This document shows positions 24,211 to 38,120 of a stretch of DNA of 64,000 nt, in pieces. A program made the translations under genes and the position numbers. Origin of the DNA: Raillietiella orientalis (Eukaryota); the NCBI GenBank assembly GCA_036172245.1, contig JAYWIR010000001.1, positions 3,038,001 through 3,102,000 on the forward strand. Reading direction: 5' to 3'. Each line of letters starts with the position of its first letter. Positions within the stretch are counted from its first letter, which is position 1. The notes beneath the pieces are model-generated. The model was not told the origin of the DNA, ran no database searches, and saw only the letters and a list, made by a program, of their open reading frames with translations.

Positions 24211-26199
24211 TCGTCTACAGTATGGGGGTAACTTGGCAGGACCAAGTGTCCTGCCATCTATGTCTATTTTGTAAGGAAACGCCCCGATGCAACCGAGTGT
24301 TTCTTTCCGAAGGATGCTTCTGGCCACGTACTGCTCGGCGCCCACGGACGGAAAAAAAGAGCGGCTGACAACCATGAAAATCGTTTGCGGGTTTTCATCT
24401 TACCAGCAGCACTTTCATTGCTTGGCATGAAGAGTTTTCCGCCTCCAAAGTGTCTTTTTTTCTTTTATTTACTGATGATTGATTTTTTCCCGGTAACAAC
24501 TACTGATTACATTCCCCACTTTGCCTTCCCTTTTGGTTTGATCAGGAGCCTGGATAGAAAACGATGGTTCTTAGCGATACGGTGTTGACTCGGAGTGGGT
24601 GATTGAAGGTCCTCGAAGATCCACTAAGGATGTGTGCACATCGAGAGGGAAGGCCTAAGAAAACCGCTAGGAGGTATGCTGCAGAACTGGACGCAGTGGT
24701 CCTGGGCAGCCGTCTCTCCCCTTTATCGCAGCGCTGTCTGAACTCGGGGCAAGCCATGGCAGCCAACCGGCAGGGTGGGGGTCCTCCTGCAGTTCCCTGA
24801 CGGCTGCAAAGGGGTATCGAGAGGGGGTGCACAGCAGAGATGTGTTCCTTCTTCGATTCGCACGGAACACCGCGTGCGTTCGTCGAGGAAGTGTGCAGCC
24901 GGGCGAGCGGAGTTCAGCTGCGATCACGGCCGAAGGCGTGCGCTGGTGCTCCAAGCTCGCGCCGCTTGGTGCTCGAGCGTGTTCCTCTTCCGTGTCGCAA
25001 CTGCGTCAGACTTGGCTTTCGAGAGGGTCCACCCTTGCCTTCCGTCAGCAGCATCCGATGCGTTTCCCTTCGTCCTACGGAATTTCAATTCGGCACGATC
25101 TCTCGACGCGTTGAAACACGTGTTTCGGACTCTGCGCCCGGTCGCGCCGGAACTTCTACTTAAAAATAAATAAATTACTAGTATTTCACACGAATAAAGT
25201 TCACCGGGGATGACTGCCAGCTCGCAAGGTGGCTTCTAAGGGAGTCAGCAGCGGGAGGGTGGGGACAGTCTTTGGTTCGAGCTGCTCCTTCCTAGAGCTG
25301 GCACTGAATGCTGGCGGTGAAGCGGGCTGAGATGGTGGCTGCAAATGCAGTATCTCTTTGCGATCACCGTGACTGCGTAACGAGTCCGCCGCGCCCGCGA
25401 AGAATCGCCGCAGCGAGTCCTTGGAGATGTTCTCCGGAAGCAGGAGCTCTACCACAGTTCTTAAAGGGCATCGCGGTCCAGCCCTAAGCAGTTCGGAGAC
25501 GGCTCTCCTCCACAAACGAGACGCCGTCGCTGATGGCACCGGAGGCCCCAGTGCAGAAACAGCGGAACATCCCGTTTCCAGCGTGACGGGAGAACGCAAG
25601 TGTGCATGCACAAGGGAGGAACCACAAGTTCTTCGAGGGCCACGCGCAAAAGCTCGCTCCGATGAAGCGGTCCCTTCGCCCGCGAACGAGGAACGTCGTC
25701 GTCCACCAGCTCGCGCGTCGTCCAGCCGTCCAAGAGTTTTCTTGCCCGTAACTCGTGCAAGAGAATTCTTACCCCACCGGTTGGCGACCGTCGCTGTTTG
25801 CCCTTAGGACAGACAGCGCTGCGGCAAGGGGTATGGTGAACGGGCGGGCTCACTTCGTCGAGTCCTGAAAGACATCTCCCAGTGGGAGGGTTTAGCAGAT
25901 ACCGCAGGGAACGGAGTTCGTTCGGGTGCATTTCCAAAGTGGACGCCTCGGGACCGGACGCCATGCATTCCAGGTGTTGGGGCGACAAGAGTGGGCTTCC
26001 CAAAGCGAGGCCAGTTGCCTCAGCGGGAGGGCAGACCCACTCATCCTGCCGCATCGTTTGCGTGACAGCAACGGTAGGAGTTGCCGACGCAGCGCCGAAG
26101 GATGAAGCGTGCAGAAGTGCAGACCACAGCGAGGTCCACAATTGGGCACAGAGTGCCAGCTGCACCTCCAGTACGCTCTCTTCCCGAGTCAGGATGCTC

Positions 26200-26700
26200 G
26201 AGCCTGCATCCCGACGCAGTATCACCAGGTCTTTCAGGAAACGTTGCAGCTCCCTGCAGGGCTTTTCCTCCGGAGGCACTGCGACCCGGATCTTCGCCGA
26301 ATAGGGAGGCGGGCAAGAAAAAAAAAACAAGGGATGAAGAGGAGGGGCGGATGGTGACCCACTCCGGCAAGACGAACCCGCCGTCGAGGAACGAGCCTGA
26401 AGGAAGGAGGAACGACCGCGCTTCTGCAACGCAGAAGTCTCCCAACGGAACGCCATGGCACTTGAAGTACCAACCCGTGGGGATCATCAGGCAAATCCTG
26501 TCGGCCTGCTTCTTCCGCGAAGCACCCACAGGTACGACCACGCATGTCGTCCTGCTGACACTCCTTCTGCACATCAGCTCGAAGGAGTCTTCGAGCCTGG
26601 CCGCCAGATTTCGGGGTGGGAAGCGCCTTCCTGAAGGAACATGCGCCCCGTCCCTGGTCCTCCATGTGGGAAGTGACACCTTGGAAGATTCAGTGCAGAG
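26200..26700 (-). mobile_element. Possible LINE ORF1 (gag-like) relic
   Basis: 'FVLPEWVTIR...KIRVAVPPEEKPCRE' weakly resembles the Tx1 ORF1 segment LP..V.I...RV...Q...CR.C that precedes the zinc knuckle. Confidence 0.2.
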
Positions 26701-27999
26701 TTCTCTCCTCTGCACCTCTGTACAATTTAGCTTCTGTCCGGTTGGGGAGCCGCTCGTCCTTTGATGCGGCGCCTTCGACTGCACCGCATCGCATCATCCA
26801 GTGACGAGAAGACAAAATCACTAGTGGATCCGACAGATTCTGAAAGGTCGAGTCCTGTAAACCTTTTACGGGGGAGCTGTCACGTGCTCCACTTCATTCA
26901 CCTGTGAGAACGCGGAAGAAGAAGCAGACTGACTGACATCTGAAGGCGGAGCAGTCGAAAGGGGGTTGGACGATGCGTTGACGTAACCGAAATGCCTGAT
27001 CTTGAACAAACAAAACAAAAGGGGGGGGGGGGGGGGGCGAGGGTGTTGAAAAGTGATACTCTTGCAGCGGATGGCAAAGAGGCGTCAAAAGGAGGTCAAC
27101 AAAAGCTAAACCGCGGATCGACTCTCTATCTGGCACAGAAGGATGATCAGGAGGAGGGGACGAACAGGAATATTTCCGGAAAAGAATGAATGCGGCTGCT
27201 GCAAACTTGAATGCGTTTTTTACTTTTGTTGGAAGGATGCCAACGGATGAAGATTCTCCCTTTCTCTCTTTTCCCAGAGAAATCTCCTTAACATTGAGGA
27301 TGTGACACAGAGTAGAGGTCACTAGATCATGTAGTCCTCTCCGCCCTCCCTCCCTCTTCCCCCCTCATGGAACACATGTGTGCTCTTTACGGGTTCGCTC
27401 GTTCAGCGCGCGCTCAGCCCCTCGGAGTAGCGGATGAAGAACTCCGTCTTCCCGGATTCAAGTTCCCACTTCCGATCAGCATCTCCTCCTGCACCTCTTC
27501 GGAAGCACGGGCCAACTGCACTCCCACCGACTGATCTCCCCGGAGCATGGAAATCGATGCTTCCTGCCACTCTTCTGCAGGGATTCCCAGGTGTCTCCGT
27601 ACAGAAGTGAATGTGGAGGTCGCTGCAACTTTCAGGAAGAGCAAGAGACACGTTGGCTTACCGAGCCAGTTGTCACAGAGACCGCCACGCAGTCCTTTTA
27701 TGCCTCGGGGTCTCAGACCCATCCTCGATTTTTGTTTGCCCTTCTCATAGGTACATCATACTCCATAACAGGGTCGTCGCCTCAAGCATTAGTGACTTGG
27801 CAGCCGTGTTCCAGTGTTTTCTCGAAGTCTGCACCGTGGGGGAGGAAGAGGACAACCGCGAAATTGGAATTCTGTTGAAGGAGCACGGCATCTTGCTATC
27901 TTCGTCGACCAATGAGTGAACGCTGCCGCCGATTCAATCAACAGCACCGCGCGTCGAAATTCTGTTGAAGAATCTCCGTCGGTTCACTGCGGAAGTCTC

Positions 28000-30300
28000 T
28001 TCACCGGTTCGTGATTTGCTGATTATTGGATAGCGGTCTTCCAAGATTTCCTGCTTCCCCGTTTGGCACTGTTACACCTAAATGTCTGACGACTTTCACT
28101 TCTGGGTGCTGCCGGTCCGGAATGCTCCTTGGCCTGATAAGACTTTCGCAATCGCAACCCGCTAGTCGCGAAGATGCAGTTGGGAAAAAACAACTTGAAT
28201 AGGTCTTTCCTTTGATAATCATCTCACCTGACCTCCTTTTCTGAGTGCTTTTGCAAGTGAAGCAAAGTCAGAAGAATTCCTTGGCGATTCTCGAGATAAG
28301 AAAGTTTGCCTTCTTTGGATGAATTTCCTTCATCGCGGGATCTGCTGAAGACGTGGTCAAATTGGTTCTCCCATACTTTGCATACTAGTGGCAATAGTCG
28401 ACTCTTCGCAGTCAGACTTCCATTTTTCTTTCCTTCCACCCCATTCCTTCTTAGCTGAACGCCGTCTTGGAACTGCAGCCTGCGAGGCTCCGTTGCAATA
28501 AGAGGAATGTGGATTCTCTTTCCGCTGCAAGATCCGTCGAGGCACAAAAAATGCACCTGAAATCCGACAACAACCTTTGTCGAGATTCTGGAGGTCATCA
28601 ACCCAGCATGGCTAAGGAAGTCTTGTTGATCTTCGCAAGAGTCTCCTCGCGATACTGAGCTTTCAGTATCGATTCGGAGAGAAGTGGCCACGTATAGGGA
28701 AGCCGGCCACTTGTGAAGTTCGGTGAACTCCCCCGCTGCAGAATGAGCGACTCCTCATCTCACGGAGGGTGAGGAGGGATGGTGGGAATGCCAGTTAGGT
28801 AGCGTCTGCTATGGAAAACCCCTTTTTACGTGAAGCTGCATCCTCTTTCCTCCCTTTTTATTCCGTATCGGCGTCAACTAGTCAGGGATCCTTGGTCAGA
28901 CTGTGGAAGCAGCCGGCAGGCATCAGGTTGAGCCCTGGCTCAGCTTCACGCTCACGGATTCCATCTCCCTTCCTATCTCCTGCCTCGTCTTTCCTCCGGT
29001 CGGCTGCTAAGGGTCTGCTTTCGAGAGGAAGTGACGGTCCTTTAGTTTGCTCAAGCACTCCTTCAACTCCTTCTCTACGCTGGGATCCTTTTGCAGCGGC
29101 TCCTTCAACGCCTCTCTTCATCCTCTCAAAGCCGAGCAATCGGTACTTGCTGGTTTCCACGTTGAACGAAATTCCTGCCTCCCGCATTATCATGACTTGC
29201 AACTTCTGGATACGCTGAAGGCAAAGCTGATCTTCGCTTGGTCTTTCGTGGAAGCTCTCAGCTTGCTGAGTTCGTAGTAAAGGAATACCAAGTGGCACTT
29301 GGCCATCATCACGCGGTAGTAGAAGCCGTGCACCTCGTTCAGTGTGCCGCCGATAGAGACCTCCCATCTCCTGCAGAGATCTCCCAAGGTGAAGAGGAAC
29401 AGCTGGCCGTTCCCGGAAAGCCGGGATTCCTGCAATTTGATCACCATCTCCTCCTTGATTTCAAAGCACCTTTTCATCGGTAAAGACTGCAGAGTTTCAT
29501 AGGTTATATGGGCAAGCGGCAGATTTGTTTTTCAGAGGATAGGGTTGCGCCTTTCTGAGAGTTCGTGGAATCCCGGCAGCACAGGAAAGAGGATCAAAAA
29601 CTGGGAGTATGGAAAAGGTGCAGAGGGAGGGTAGAGCGGATTTTCATCCACAGGAGCGAGCAGCGTCGACCCGCCTGTCTCCTGAGGAAAGTGGATCTTC
29701 GCAAGAGTCCTAGCAGTCCTCTCGTAGAGCGCTTCCGTTGTTGATTCATCCGGAACCCCATAGAGGCGGAGGAAAAAAAGGGGTGTTCTTGGCTGCGCAA
29801 ACTGAAAGTCCGTTGTCATTATTCCTCAATGGGAATGAGGTGGTTGCTGGAGCACTTGCGCGTGCCACTGGAACCAAATGCCTTTTCGGAGTGACAACTC
29901 GACTTCCAGGCTCCGTCGACAACGGAACTTTGGTAATTGCAGGCACGCGCCGTCACAGGGACTTTCACTGGAGGGCAGTACGCGGCCTTCCGCGCTCATC
30001 ACGACCGCTGAGCTTCCATCACGATGTGGTTTCCCGGCTACGGGTGTGTCTGTGAAACAGTTCCCACGTGCTTGGGCGGAGTGAACATGGTGCTGTGTCC
30101 CGAACACATCCGAGGTTCAGAAACACGGAGGTAAGAAAACCTGGAGATGCAGGTGAGCGCAATACCAGGAGCACCAGGAACCAGCAGCAACCACCTCTCT
30201 GTGGGTGCTGCAGAGGTTCGAACCTCTCTGCTATGCTGAAGAGAAGCGTGCAATCTATACATGCCGAGGCCTCCGAAAGTAGATTCCTTCTGCTCTCGGT
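28000..30300 (-). mobile_element. Decayed L1/Tx1-like ORF2 (EN to RT)
   Basis: Motifs in order on the minus strand: 'AEGRVL', '(KL)NSAVFTDEK' (WKLN.SLL.D), 'RRWE', 'SSP..SGRLP', 'KKNGSL...LLPLVCKVWE', 'VRHLGV'. Many stops and frameshifts. Confidence 0.35.
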
Positions 30301-30530
30301 GCGCTCCAAGGGCGCAAGAGCTGGATCTAGTAAGAACCCTCTCTTTCTCACGGAAAGGTCCGTTCCCATGAGAACCAGAGGAGGGTTTCTCGCCGTCGAT
30401 GGTTCGTGCAGTCTCTCCTTGCGCGAACACGGCTTTAAACAGGAAAATGGGATCGAAGGAAGAAGCCTCATGCTCCAAGAGAGAGAAAGCAAAACCAGAA
30501 AATTGCCAAAGAAAAATTCAAAAAGGAGAT

Positions 30531-30730
30531 GAGAGAGGAGCGGAGAAACTGGCTCCTCGGAAACGGGGAAATCTCTTCCTACGCTGCTATGTCGTGTGGG
30601 AAGGCGCTTGTGAAGACGAGCGCTACCTAAAAGCCGGTGGAAAATCGCAAGGGGTCGTCACGGAAGGAAGCTGAAAGACAGGCAGATTGGTACTGATTTG
30701 AGAAGCATTAAGGGTTCTTGGAGAAATCAT
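30531..30730 (+). repeat. ~200-bp direct repeat, copy 1
   Basis: Aligns with 32121-32313, sharing TGAAGACGAGCGCTACCTAAAAGCCG and GGTACTGATTTG.GAAGCATTAAGG.TTCTTGGAG. Roughly 80% identical by eye. Confidence 0.9.
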
Positions 30731-32120
30731 GTCATTGATTCGTTCCACGTCTGAGCCAGCTTCTCGAGCACGGATGGGCGCATCGCATGGACAGCGCCAT
30801 CGTGATGCCGAGGCCTCTCCACGCAAGCAAAAGAGCGAGTTCCTTTGAAAACTTAATCCGCGATTGAGGAGATATTGGCGTTGCTTTTTTTGGAATTCTC
30901 ATCACGTGAACATTCTATTTCTGCTTTCATACTCATATTGGAATCCACAATTTTCTCTCCATTCGTGGAGATTGCCATTCCAGTTTCCATTTGGCTCCCC
31001 ATTCCTAGTTTTGTTTCCTGTTCACATTTTCTAATCTTTTCGCTTCAGTCCACCCTTTACGTCATGTTGTCAGTGCTTGCCTTGGTTCCCGGTTTTTGTA
31101 GGTCCACTTTCTGCATCGTGGCTTCGCCTGCTTTAGGTGGACGTGGGCGCTCCCGGGTCGCCACTTTACATGCGACAGTGGTCGCTGTGTTGGATTCGAC
31201 TTTCGTTTTCCAAATGAAGCACGCGAGGAGATTCTGCTCTGCCGGAGACGTAACGGGAGAGAGGAACTCACGAGTGGTTTCGACTCCCCCCAGGGACAGT
31301 GTGCTTCACCCGCGAAACCGCTCCCCTCTCCTCCCGCCTGCAATTGCTTGAAGACTAGCGAATAATTAACGAACGTGAGTAGCCAGGGACATTTCCTGCG
31401 TGGTGAACGGTGGAAATCTTGACATTCTGATGTTCGCTAGCACGCTCATTTCACTAGCCGTGAAAACACGAAGCGCAGAGAGCAAGGATCCTTTCTCTTT
31501 ACCCTAGATACCCGCTCTCATCATTTTCCAGCATCCCATCTTCAAATCGCGTTTGATGCCCTGCGCACGTACATGATCTCTCTGTGTTTCCTCTTCTTCT
31601 TTTTTCCTTTTCTTTCTTGGAACCGTGGTCGAGTTGCAACGACTTTGTGAACCCAGTCGAATCAGAAGCACCCTGTTGTCAGGGAGCAACGAAGGAGAGC
31701 CTTCATCAACACGTTCGACTTCGTCAACTTCCTCGATGGGGAGTTCTGTCGAAAGGAAAGTGGAAATCCAGTACAGTCTCCGCAAAAAGCTTCAAGGAAC
31801 GCTTTGTCAAGCTTCCTTGTGTCCCTTCAAGGGAGCTTGGTGTTCCGCAAACCAGCGAGACCAGATCAATCTTAAGCAATACGGCGACGGATAAAAAAAC
31901 ACGGAGCATTCGGAGATAGAAGAAGCAGCGAAATAGAAGAAACCAAAAAAAGATGACCGAGAGGATAAGATAAGTCCAGGAAAGTAATGAAAAAAAAAGA
32001 AAAAGAAGAGAGTTTCACAAGGAAAATGGAAGGTGAAAGAGATTGAGTTCTTCCGATCCTCGTGTATATCTTCACTTATCCCTAACTATCAACTGCTTTC
32101 AGCATCACTAGCTCACGATA

Positions 32121-32313
32121 AGAGGAACGAGAAAACTGGCTTCTCGAAAACAAGGAAATATCTTCTTACGCTGCTGTGTCGTGAGGGAAGGCGATTCTGA
32201 AGACGAGCGCTACCTAAAAGCCGATGGAAAATCTGCAGGGGTCACGGAAGGAACCCGAAAGACGGACAGAAGGTACTGATTTGGGAAGCATTAAGGATTC
32301 TTGGAGGTATCAT
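32121..32313 (+). repeat. ~200-bp direct repeat, copy 2
   Basis: Aligns with 30531-30730. Confidence 0.9.
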
Positions 32314-32329
32314 TTTTTCATCATACTCA

Positions 32330-34050
32330 AATCTGCAGTCCTTGTGCCTCAGATGCCAGCTCAAGAAAAGTCGTTCACAAGAAAGAAAATGACCTTTGCA
32401 AACCATCGATTGGGCATCACCTTTTCTTTTCTTTCACATCAAAGTCCAAGCCAGTTCATGTAGGCCATTAGTGCTGAAAAAGTTGAGGTCAGAAACAAGG
32501 AGAATCAGTAAAGGTGTTCCCAAGTACTAACTAACGGACAGTTCAAAGAAGAAATCTGCATTGCATCCTCCAAGGGAAGAGGTGCCTTCGAGAAGGTGAT
32601 GTTTCCATGGCAATTCTAACATTGCCACGCCTCCTTTAACTTCAGTGTCTCTGCATACTTCTAGCTCCAAAAATAAAAGTGGAGGAACTAGATTACTATC
32701 GATTTTCCCCCTATGGCATTTGACCCGCTTTGCTCTTTCGAGACGCGAGGGAGAGATTTCACCGTGCCTCAAGGCTTTCTGATCACTAAATGCCTTTTTT
32801 TTTTTGGTCTCTCCTTAGGCGGATTTTTACGCCAATAATTAGCTTCCGCAAAATCGTCTTCTTGCATCGGCGCACTTGTTCCTTGAGGACAGTTCCCTGC
32901 CTCGTTCCAGATCGGGCCAAGCCTGCGTTCCTGCGAGAGTCTTCTACTGGAGTAAGCAAAGTCCGTCTCGAAGCAACCTGCCCTTCAATAGGAAAGGACG
33001 ATCCTAAGAGTGCGGGTCACTTCACCACCCTCGTCATCGCGTTTCCTGCTTTGCTGGACTCTGCGGTGCGGCCATTCCGAGGACCGGTGATCTCAAGAGA
33101 GCGTCTGTTTAAACATACACAAGTGTCGGTCGCGATTTCAGTTCTTGAAATTAAAAAGAGCGGCGGGCTTCGGAACGGAGGTCTCTTCCCATTCCTTTAG
33201 GAAGCGCTCGGTTGGGAAGAAGGCGGAGGTAATTACATTCACCCTCCGGGTTTGCCGCCCAATTATGTCCTTCCCTCGGCGCACTCACAACGTTCATTCG
33301 CCTCGAACAGAACCCCATCCGCTTTCCAAGCTGCGTGCAACCGATCTTTGTATGGAAGTCCACCGGTCACAGGACACGATTCGGCGACCAGAAAATAGCT
33401 GAATTCGGAGCCTGCCTCAGGGCATCTTCACGAAGATTGTTGCAGCCTTGTAATTACAGAATCAAAATAAGCGTTCTGCCCAAACTTACAGAAAGATATG
33501 CTGCCGTTCAAGGTAATCCCAATCCTCTTCCTCCAGATCACGAGAACCGACGTTTGATTTATGCTCCCACATTACCTCGCACTAGCTGGACATCCAGTGT
33601 TCCACTTCTCTCCGCTGTTACCAACAAGCAGCTCGGAGTATCCGAATGTCTGGTGCCTCCTTAGTTAGTTTGGGAGCAAACGAGAAGAGGGAGGGAATGA
33701 TGACTACTCTGCTGATGTGCTCTTTGTACATGACCTTCTGCATACCAAGCGTGCTTTGAGGCGGATCTGGTTTTTCATTCGTCATGTTCCTGGATCAAAT
33801 GGATCTCACTTGTGGTTCGCATAGGAACGAGTGCAGTGGCCATCCATCTCTCGGCTGCTGATAGTGATGGTGGCAAGAAATTGCTTCGCCGGCCCAGTTT
33901 TCGAGGAGCAGTTAATAAGTAGTGATAGGTGAAACCTTGCTGGTACGTGCCGCAAACCGCCGAGCACACTAGCGTGTCAAGGAAGGGAACGTTCTTCAGT
34001 CACCTTTCGTGTGTGCACAAGAAAGTTTCAAGGAGTCTTTTAGGAGATTT
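32330..34050 (+). mobile_element. Decayed L1/Tx1-like ORF2 post-RT to zf-RVT fragment
   Basis: 'RLGITF', 'ILTLPRLL', 'FFFW', 'QPIFVW' and 'CWYVPQTAEH...FFSHLSC' occur in the expected order. The region is very degenerate. Confidence 0.3.
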
Positions 34051-34949
34051 CGGAAGGGTCCAATTTACCTTCCTCCTTGCACCTCATCCGGACGCCGATG
34101 GTTCCGTTCGATTTACTAAGATTAACTGATACGCTTTTGCTACATGATAGGCATTCTCCACCGAGTTGGCCTGATTTCTTTCCTTTGGCTGCCGGGCTGC
34201 CTCCGACGGCTGGACCGCATGATTGGCCACGAAACTAGTTCGCTCTTTTCGTCTTCACGGCTAGGAAAAGTCATGCGTTAAATGGCTTGTACCTCATGAA
34301 TATGGAAGCGAATTTTGAGCCTGTCACTCCAAGAGTGCATGCGAATGGATGGCACCCTGACTTTCCATTTTTTTTTTTCCTGTCCATTCCTACCCACCTC
34401 CAATTCATCGCCTTTCGTCGATGAAAAGTGCGTCTCCTTGGGTGCCGGTGATTTTTCGAACAGATGGAAAAAAAAAAGAGAGAGAGAGAGAAGAAAAACA
34501 AGATACTTTTGAATAAGACCATTACTCAATAATCATGGTATGAATTTTTAAAGCAGGGTCATCTCCAAATGATGTTGCTTAAATAACACTGTTAAATAGA
34601 ACCAGTCCACGGAATGATCAACTTTCTGCCCTTTTGGTCAACTTCTTTCGCACCAACCTCTGAAAAACACACACCCCAATTCGTAAGCCAATGTTGTGTG
34701 CTTTCCACTGACGGTACGTTGTGTGTTCCTTGCTGAGAATCCTGGATACGGAAGACGCAAAGTCCTCATTTTTCGGACTCTGCCTGCAATTTTCGTTGGG
34801 AACCTTAGGAAAGGATGGGAAGTTATTCTTAAGGATGAACGGAAAATAGCATAGAAAAATGCACTTGCTTCTGGACCACGACGAAGTTTCATCAGTTTCA
34901 CAGCGGTCCGCTGAACAGATCTCTTGATTTTCTAAGCAGTGGCACTTAA

Positions 34950-35450
34950 AATCGTGTTTAACTTGGGGAAGTCTGTTAGAAGAATTTCGAGGCGGTCGAT
35001 TCCAAATGCCCCAGGACTTCATGTCACTTGGGATGCTTCGGCACGTTAATGTCCGTGATGGCATTCCAGATTCATCCCATGATTCTGGTGGAAGAACTCA
35101 AGTCCCGGATTTTGAGCCGTTTCGATGGTTTTTCCACACTCTTTGCAGAACAGCAGTTGATCTTTTCACTCTTGTTTTCACTCCATCTCTGGATACTTGA
35201 TTTCTTTCGGCCTGCATGCCCGGTAAGCCATTCAGTTGTACGTGAGCTGTACCATACATCTCTTTTACGAAGCCATTTTCATCACAACGGAGGGTAGTGC
35301 CGTTATGAGTATTTCAACAGCTCCTGGATGCCACATCTCTACGTCACTGCGAACGGGCTCAAATCTCTGTGTTGGAGTGCGGAACAAACTGGCTGACATT
35401 AGTAAAACGCAGGGCTTTTTGTTTCCTACCAAATTCACCTGCTCTCAGCA
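34950..35450 (+). mobile_element. CR1/L2/Jockey-type RT N-terminal relic
   Basis: 'DGIP', 'LFTLVFTPSLDT' (L..LFN.SL.TG), 'YEAIFIT' (YRPISLT), 'NKL...TQGF' (N.L...Q.GF). Confidence 0.4.
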
Positions 35451-35614
35451 TCCTTCCCGCAACCGTGAGCGAGCTTTAGCAGAGGAGCGACGCTTCCGTA
35501 CACTTTGATAGATTGAAAAACTGAACTCCTGAAGAAGTGTTTTTTTTCCCTGAAGAGGATTTTTCAAATTTTTTTTCTTCCTAGTGTATGTGCAGCCGAA
35601 ACGTGTACAGGATG

Positions 35615-37200
35615 TTTTTTTTTTTTTTTTTCAAGATCGAATTTGCAGAATGTCTCGATATCCAAGAAGGTAGTCATTTTCAACTGAAGGGAGACCAATT
35701 TCCAAATAATCGTATCTGACCTCTGCACTGTATTGCCATATGTGCCTGGCAAATCGCTGTAGCCCAAAAGAACCTCTTACTTGATGCATTGGCAACCAAC
35801 ATTGTAAACCCATTGGTTAGGCAACACCGGTAGCCTCCCTGAGTTGAGCATCTTTTTCTAATTTTCCGAGACTTTCTAATAGGTCTGAATGGGTCCCCCA
35901 AGCATCTTCACGGAATGCTGACTTGTGAATGCATGTCAAGCAGAACACACACCGTCGAGTTCGATCACTTCGCGGAGATGCACGTAATGCATTCTCTTTA
36001 GCGGCCAATTCCTTCAGCTTGAATATAAGTCAAGCTGCTAAGCCGTGAATCTCCATCCGGAATTCCACCGAAAGTGAAAGTGTCGTCTTTTAGATAACAG
36101 TTGAAGCAATTAGAGCCTTTCGGTGATCTATCACCGATGACAACACTCCAGCTGATTGAGAATCGGAGCGCCTCACAGCAGACTGAAGCTCCGATATAAT
36201 GAAATCGACTCAGTCCAGAAGCAAAACCTATTTTTCGTGGTACTGTACAATCAAACACAGATGTGTACATACTTGACGGATGTACAAATTTCATGAACAT
36301 GGAAGGATATGCATTCGATTCTCATGGAAACCTTCAAAGAGTCCTTATTCGAACAAGATTCTAATCGGGAATAATATTCGAGTAGAAATAGGCGCACTTG
36401 GGTGTGATTTTTTTTTTTTATTGCTTTGCTAAATACTTGACACACGGAACCCAGTATGTTGGGTATGTTCGATGCCGCTGGGCACACTGAAGATGAACCT
36501 ACCGTTGAGAAGAGATGAAAGACGGAGATTATGCTCGTGAGGGGGTGCATTCACCAATTCACAACGTCAAATTGAGACTGTGAATTGATCTTCAAGTTCA
36601 GATGAGGGGAAACATTTCTATGTATTAAGCTGCACTTGGTCATGTCCACATGGCTGTGGGCTGTCCAGCAGAAAATACAGCGGAATATCAGCAAATCAGT
36701 GAGAAGTGCATTACAAGTACAAGTGTACTTTTGCAGGTTTTCTACACCACCCTTCATTGAGATTAGAAATTTCCCAATAGTTTCCATAACATAAGGTTGA
36801 TTTAGCAGATCTATTTAACATGTATATTAGTTTATCGGCCTTACTAACCCCAAAGGTTGTATATGCATCGGGCGTGGATGTGTGAAATACCTTCTTTGAA
36901 AATGTATGAGTTCGGAGAGTATGAGATTCATGAATCTTATGTACAATGCCTTTGGTAGTTATCGTTCTCCAATTTGCATTATTTAATTGCAACTTTTAAA
37001 GTCAGCGGATACATTTGCACGGCACATTTGTGCGTGCATTGTACACGCAAATGGATATATGCCAAACAATACAATATACAGCGGCTTCGTTTCTGATGGA
37101 GAAGAAAGTCCTGAATCTTTCATCTCGTGCGCAGGGATTAAAGTGAGGTTTGAGAAATCCTGACATATGAGTCCGGTCTCAGAACTTGTCAAAATTTATC
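35615..37200 (-). mobile_element. CR1-like LINE, RT through 3' end, with poly-A
   Basis: Minus ORFs in order: 'ICQDFS...H...LFGI', 'LLTDL...W...MTKCSLIH' (LQ.DL..W..N..KC..LH), 'NILGSV', 'FMKFVHP..Y.SV' (Y..FVRP.LEY), 'RRCVFCLTCIHK', 'RFF', 'TFCKFDL'. A T17 run at 35615-35631 follows, which is a poly-A on the minus strand. Confidence 0.6.
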
Positions 37201-37499
37201 ATCACTGCTGAGCGTGTTTGTTTCCGAGTTCAGAATCGCTCAACGTAATTCATAAGAAATGAGCTACCTGTATTGAGTTTCAGGAAAGACATCTGTCGTA
37301 CTGCTGATTAGCAAGCAAACATTTCTAAAAAGAGAGAAGCTGTCGCGCAAGACGTGTAGCAAAGAGATTCCGAGGGCAGGTATCTGCCAAGTCGAAAATC
37401 GTGGGGCTCGCAACCGTCAAGAGACACCGTCTTAAAGATCCATCACGGTATCAACTGCCCAACTGAACACTTTCGATAGCGACCACTGAGATGCTGTTC

Positions 37500-38120
37500 T
37501 GTTTTGCTTCTCTAAGAGAATAATCTGCTCGATCGCCTAATGCAATGCACTGGGAAGACGATTGCCGGAGCGAACTGCGTATTTTAGTAGCATAAGGAAG
37601 GACGGATGCAGCCTCGAACTCTCAGAGTTCAAGCAAGCCAGAAGGTTCCGAGAAACTCATCTTTTCCCCAATATGTACTTCCATGTGAAATTCCTTTTCC
37701 ACTCTCCCTGGGTTTTTCCGTGCACTCGAAGCACGAAGGATGAAATCCGAGCCCACACTTATAACCGATTGGGTGTATTCCCTACTGCTTTCAGAAAGAT
37801 TGCCAGTCGGATTCGGTCTTTAACGATTTCAATCTTCATGTGCAGTTATGTGTGCTTTCGCTCAAGGGGAGTGAACACGAAAGCATCATGGAAGCGTAGG
37901 ACTATACTGTACATAACTATGAAAGCCTAATTATCCCAAGTCCCTTAATTCTATGTACTGCATTAAGTTATCAAACCCTACGGAAACTCAGGTTTTCACA
38001 AACAGCCAGAGTTTAATAAATGTTCTCAAATGCTGTTCTTGACTGTTCCCATTTCATCTGTGTTGAATGCTTCCTGTGTTGAATCACGGAAAGATGATGA
38101 TGGCTGGATGCAGAGACACC
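37500..38120 (+). mobile_element. CR1-like LINE 3' remnant
   Basis: 'SLELSEFKQARRFR' (L.L.SL..RR.R), 'IRAHTY' (TRGH.YK), 'FTN..RV', 'VLNASCVES' (VV.A.SV.SFK). Confidence 0.45.
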
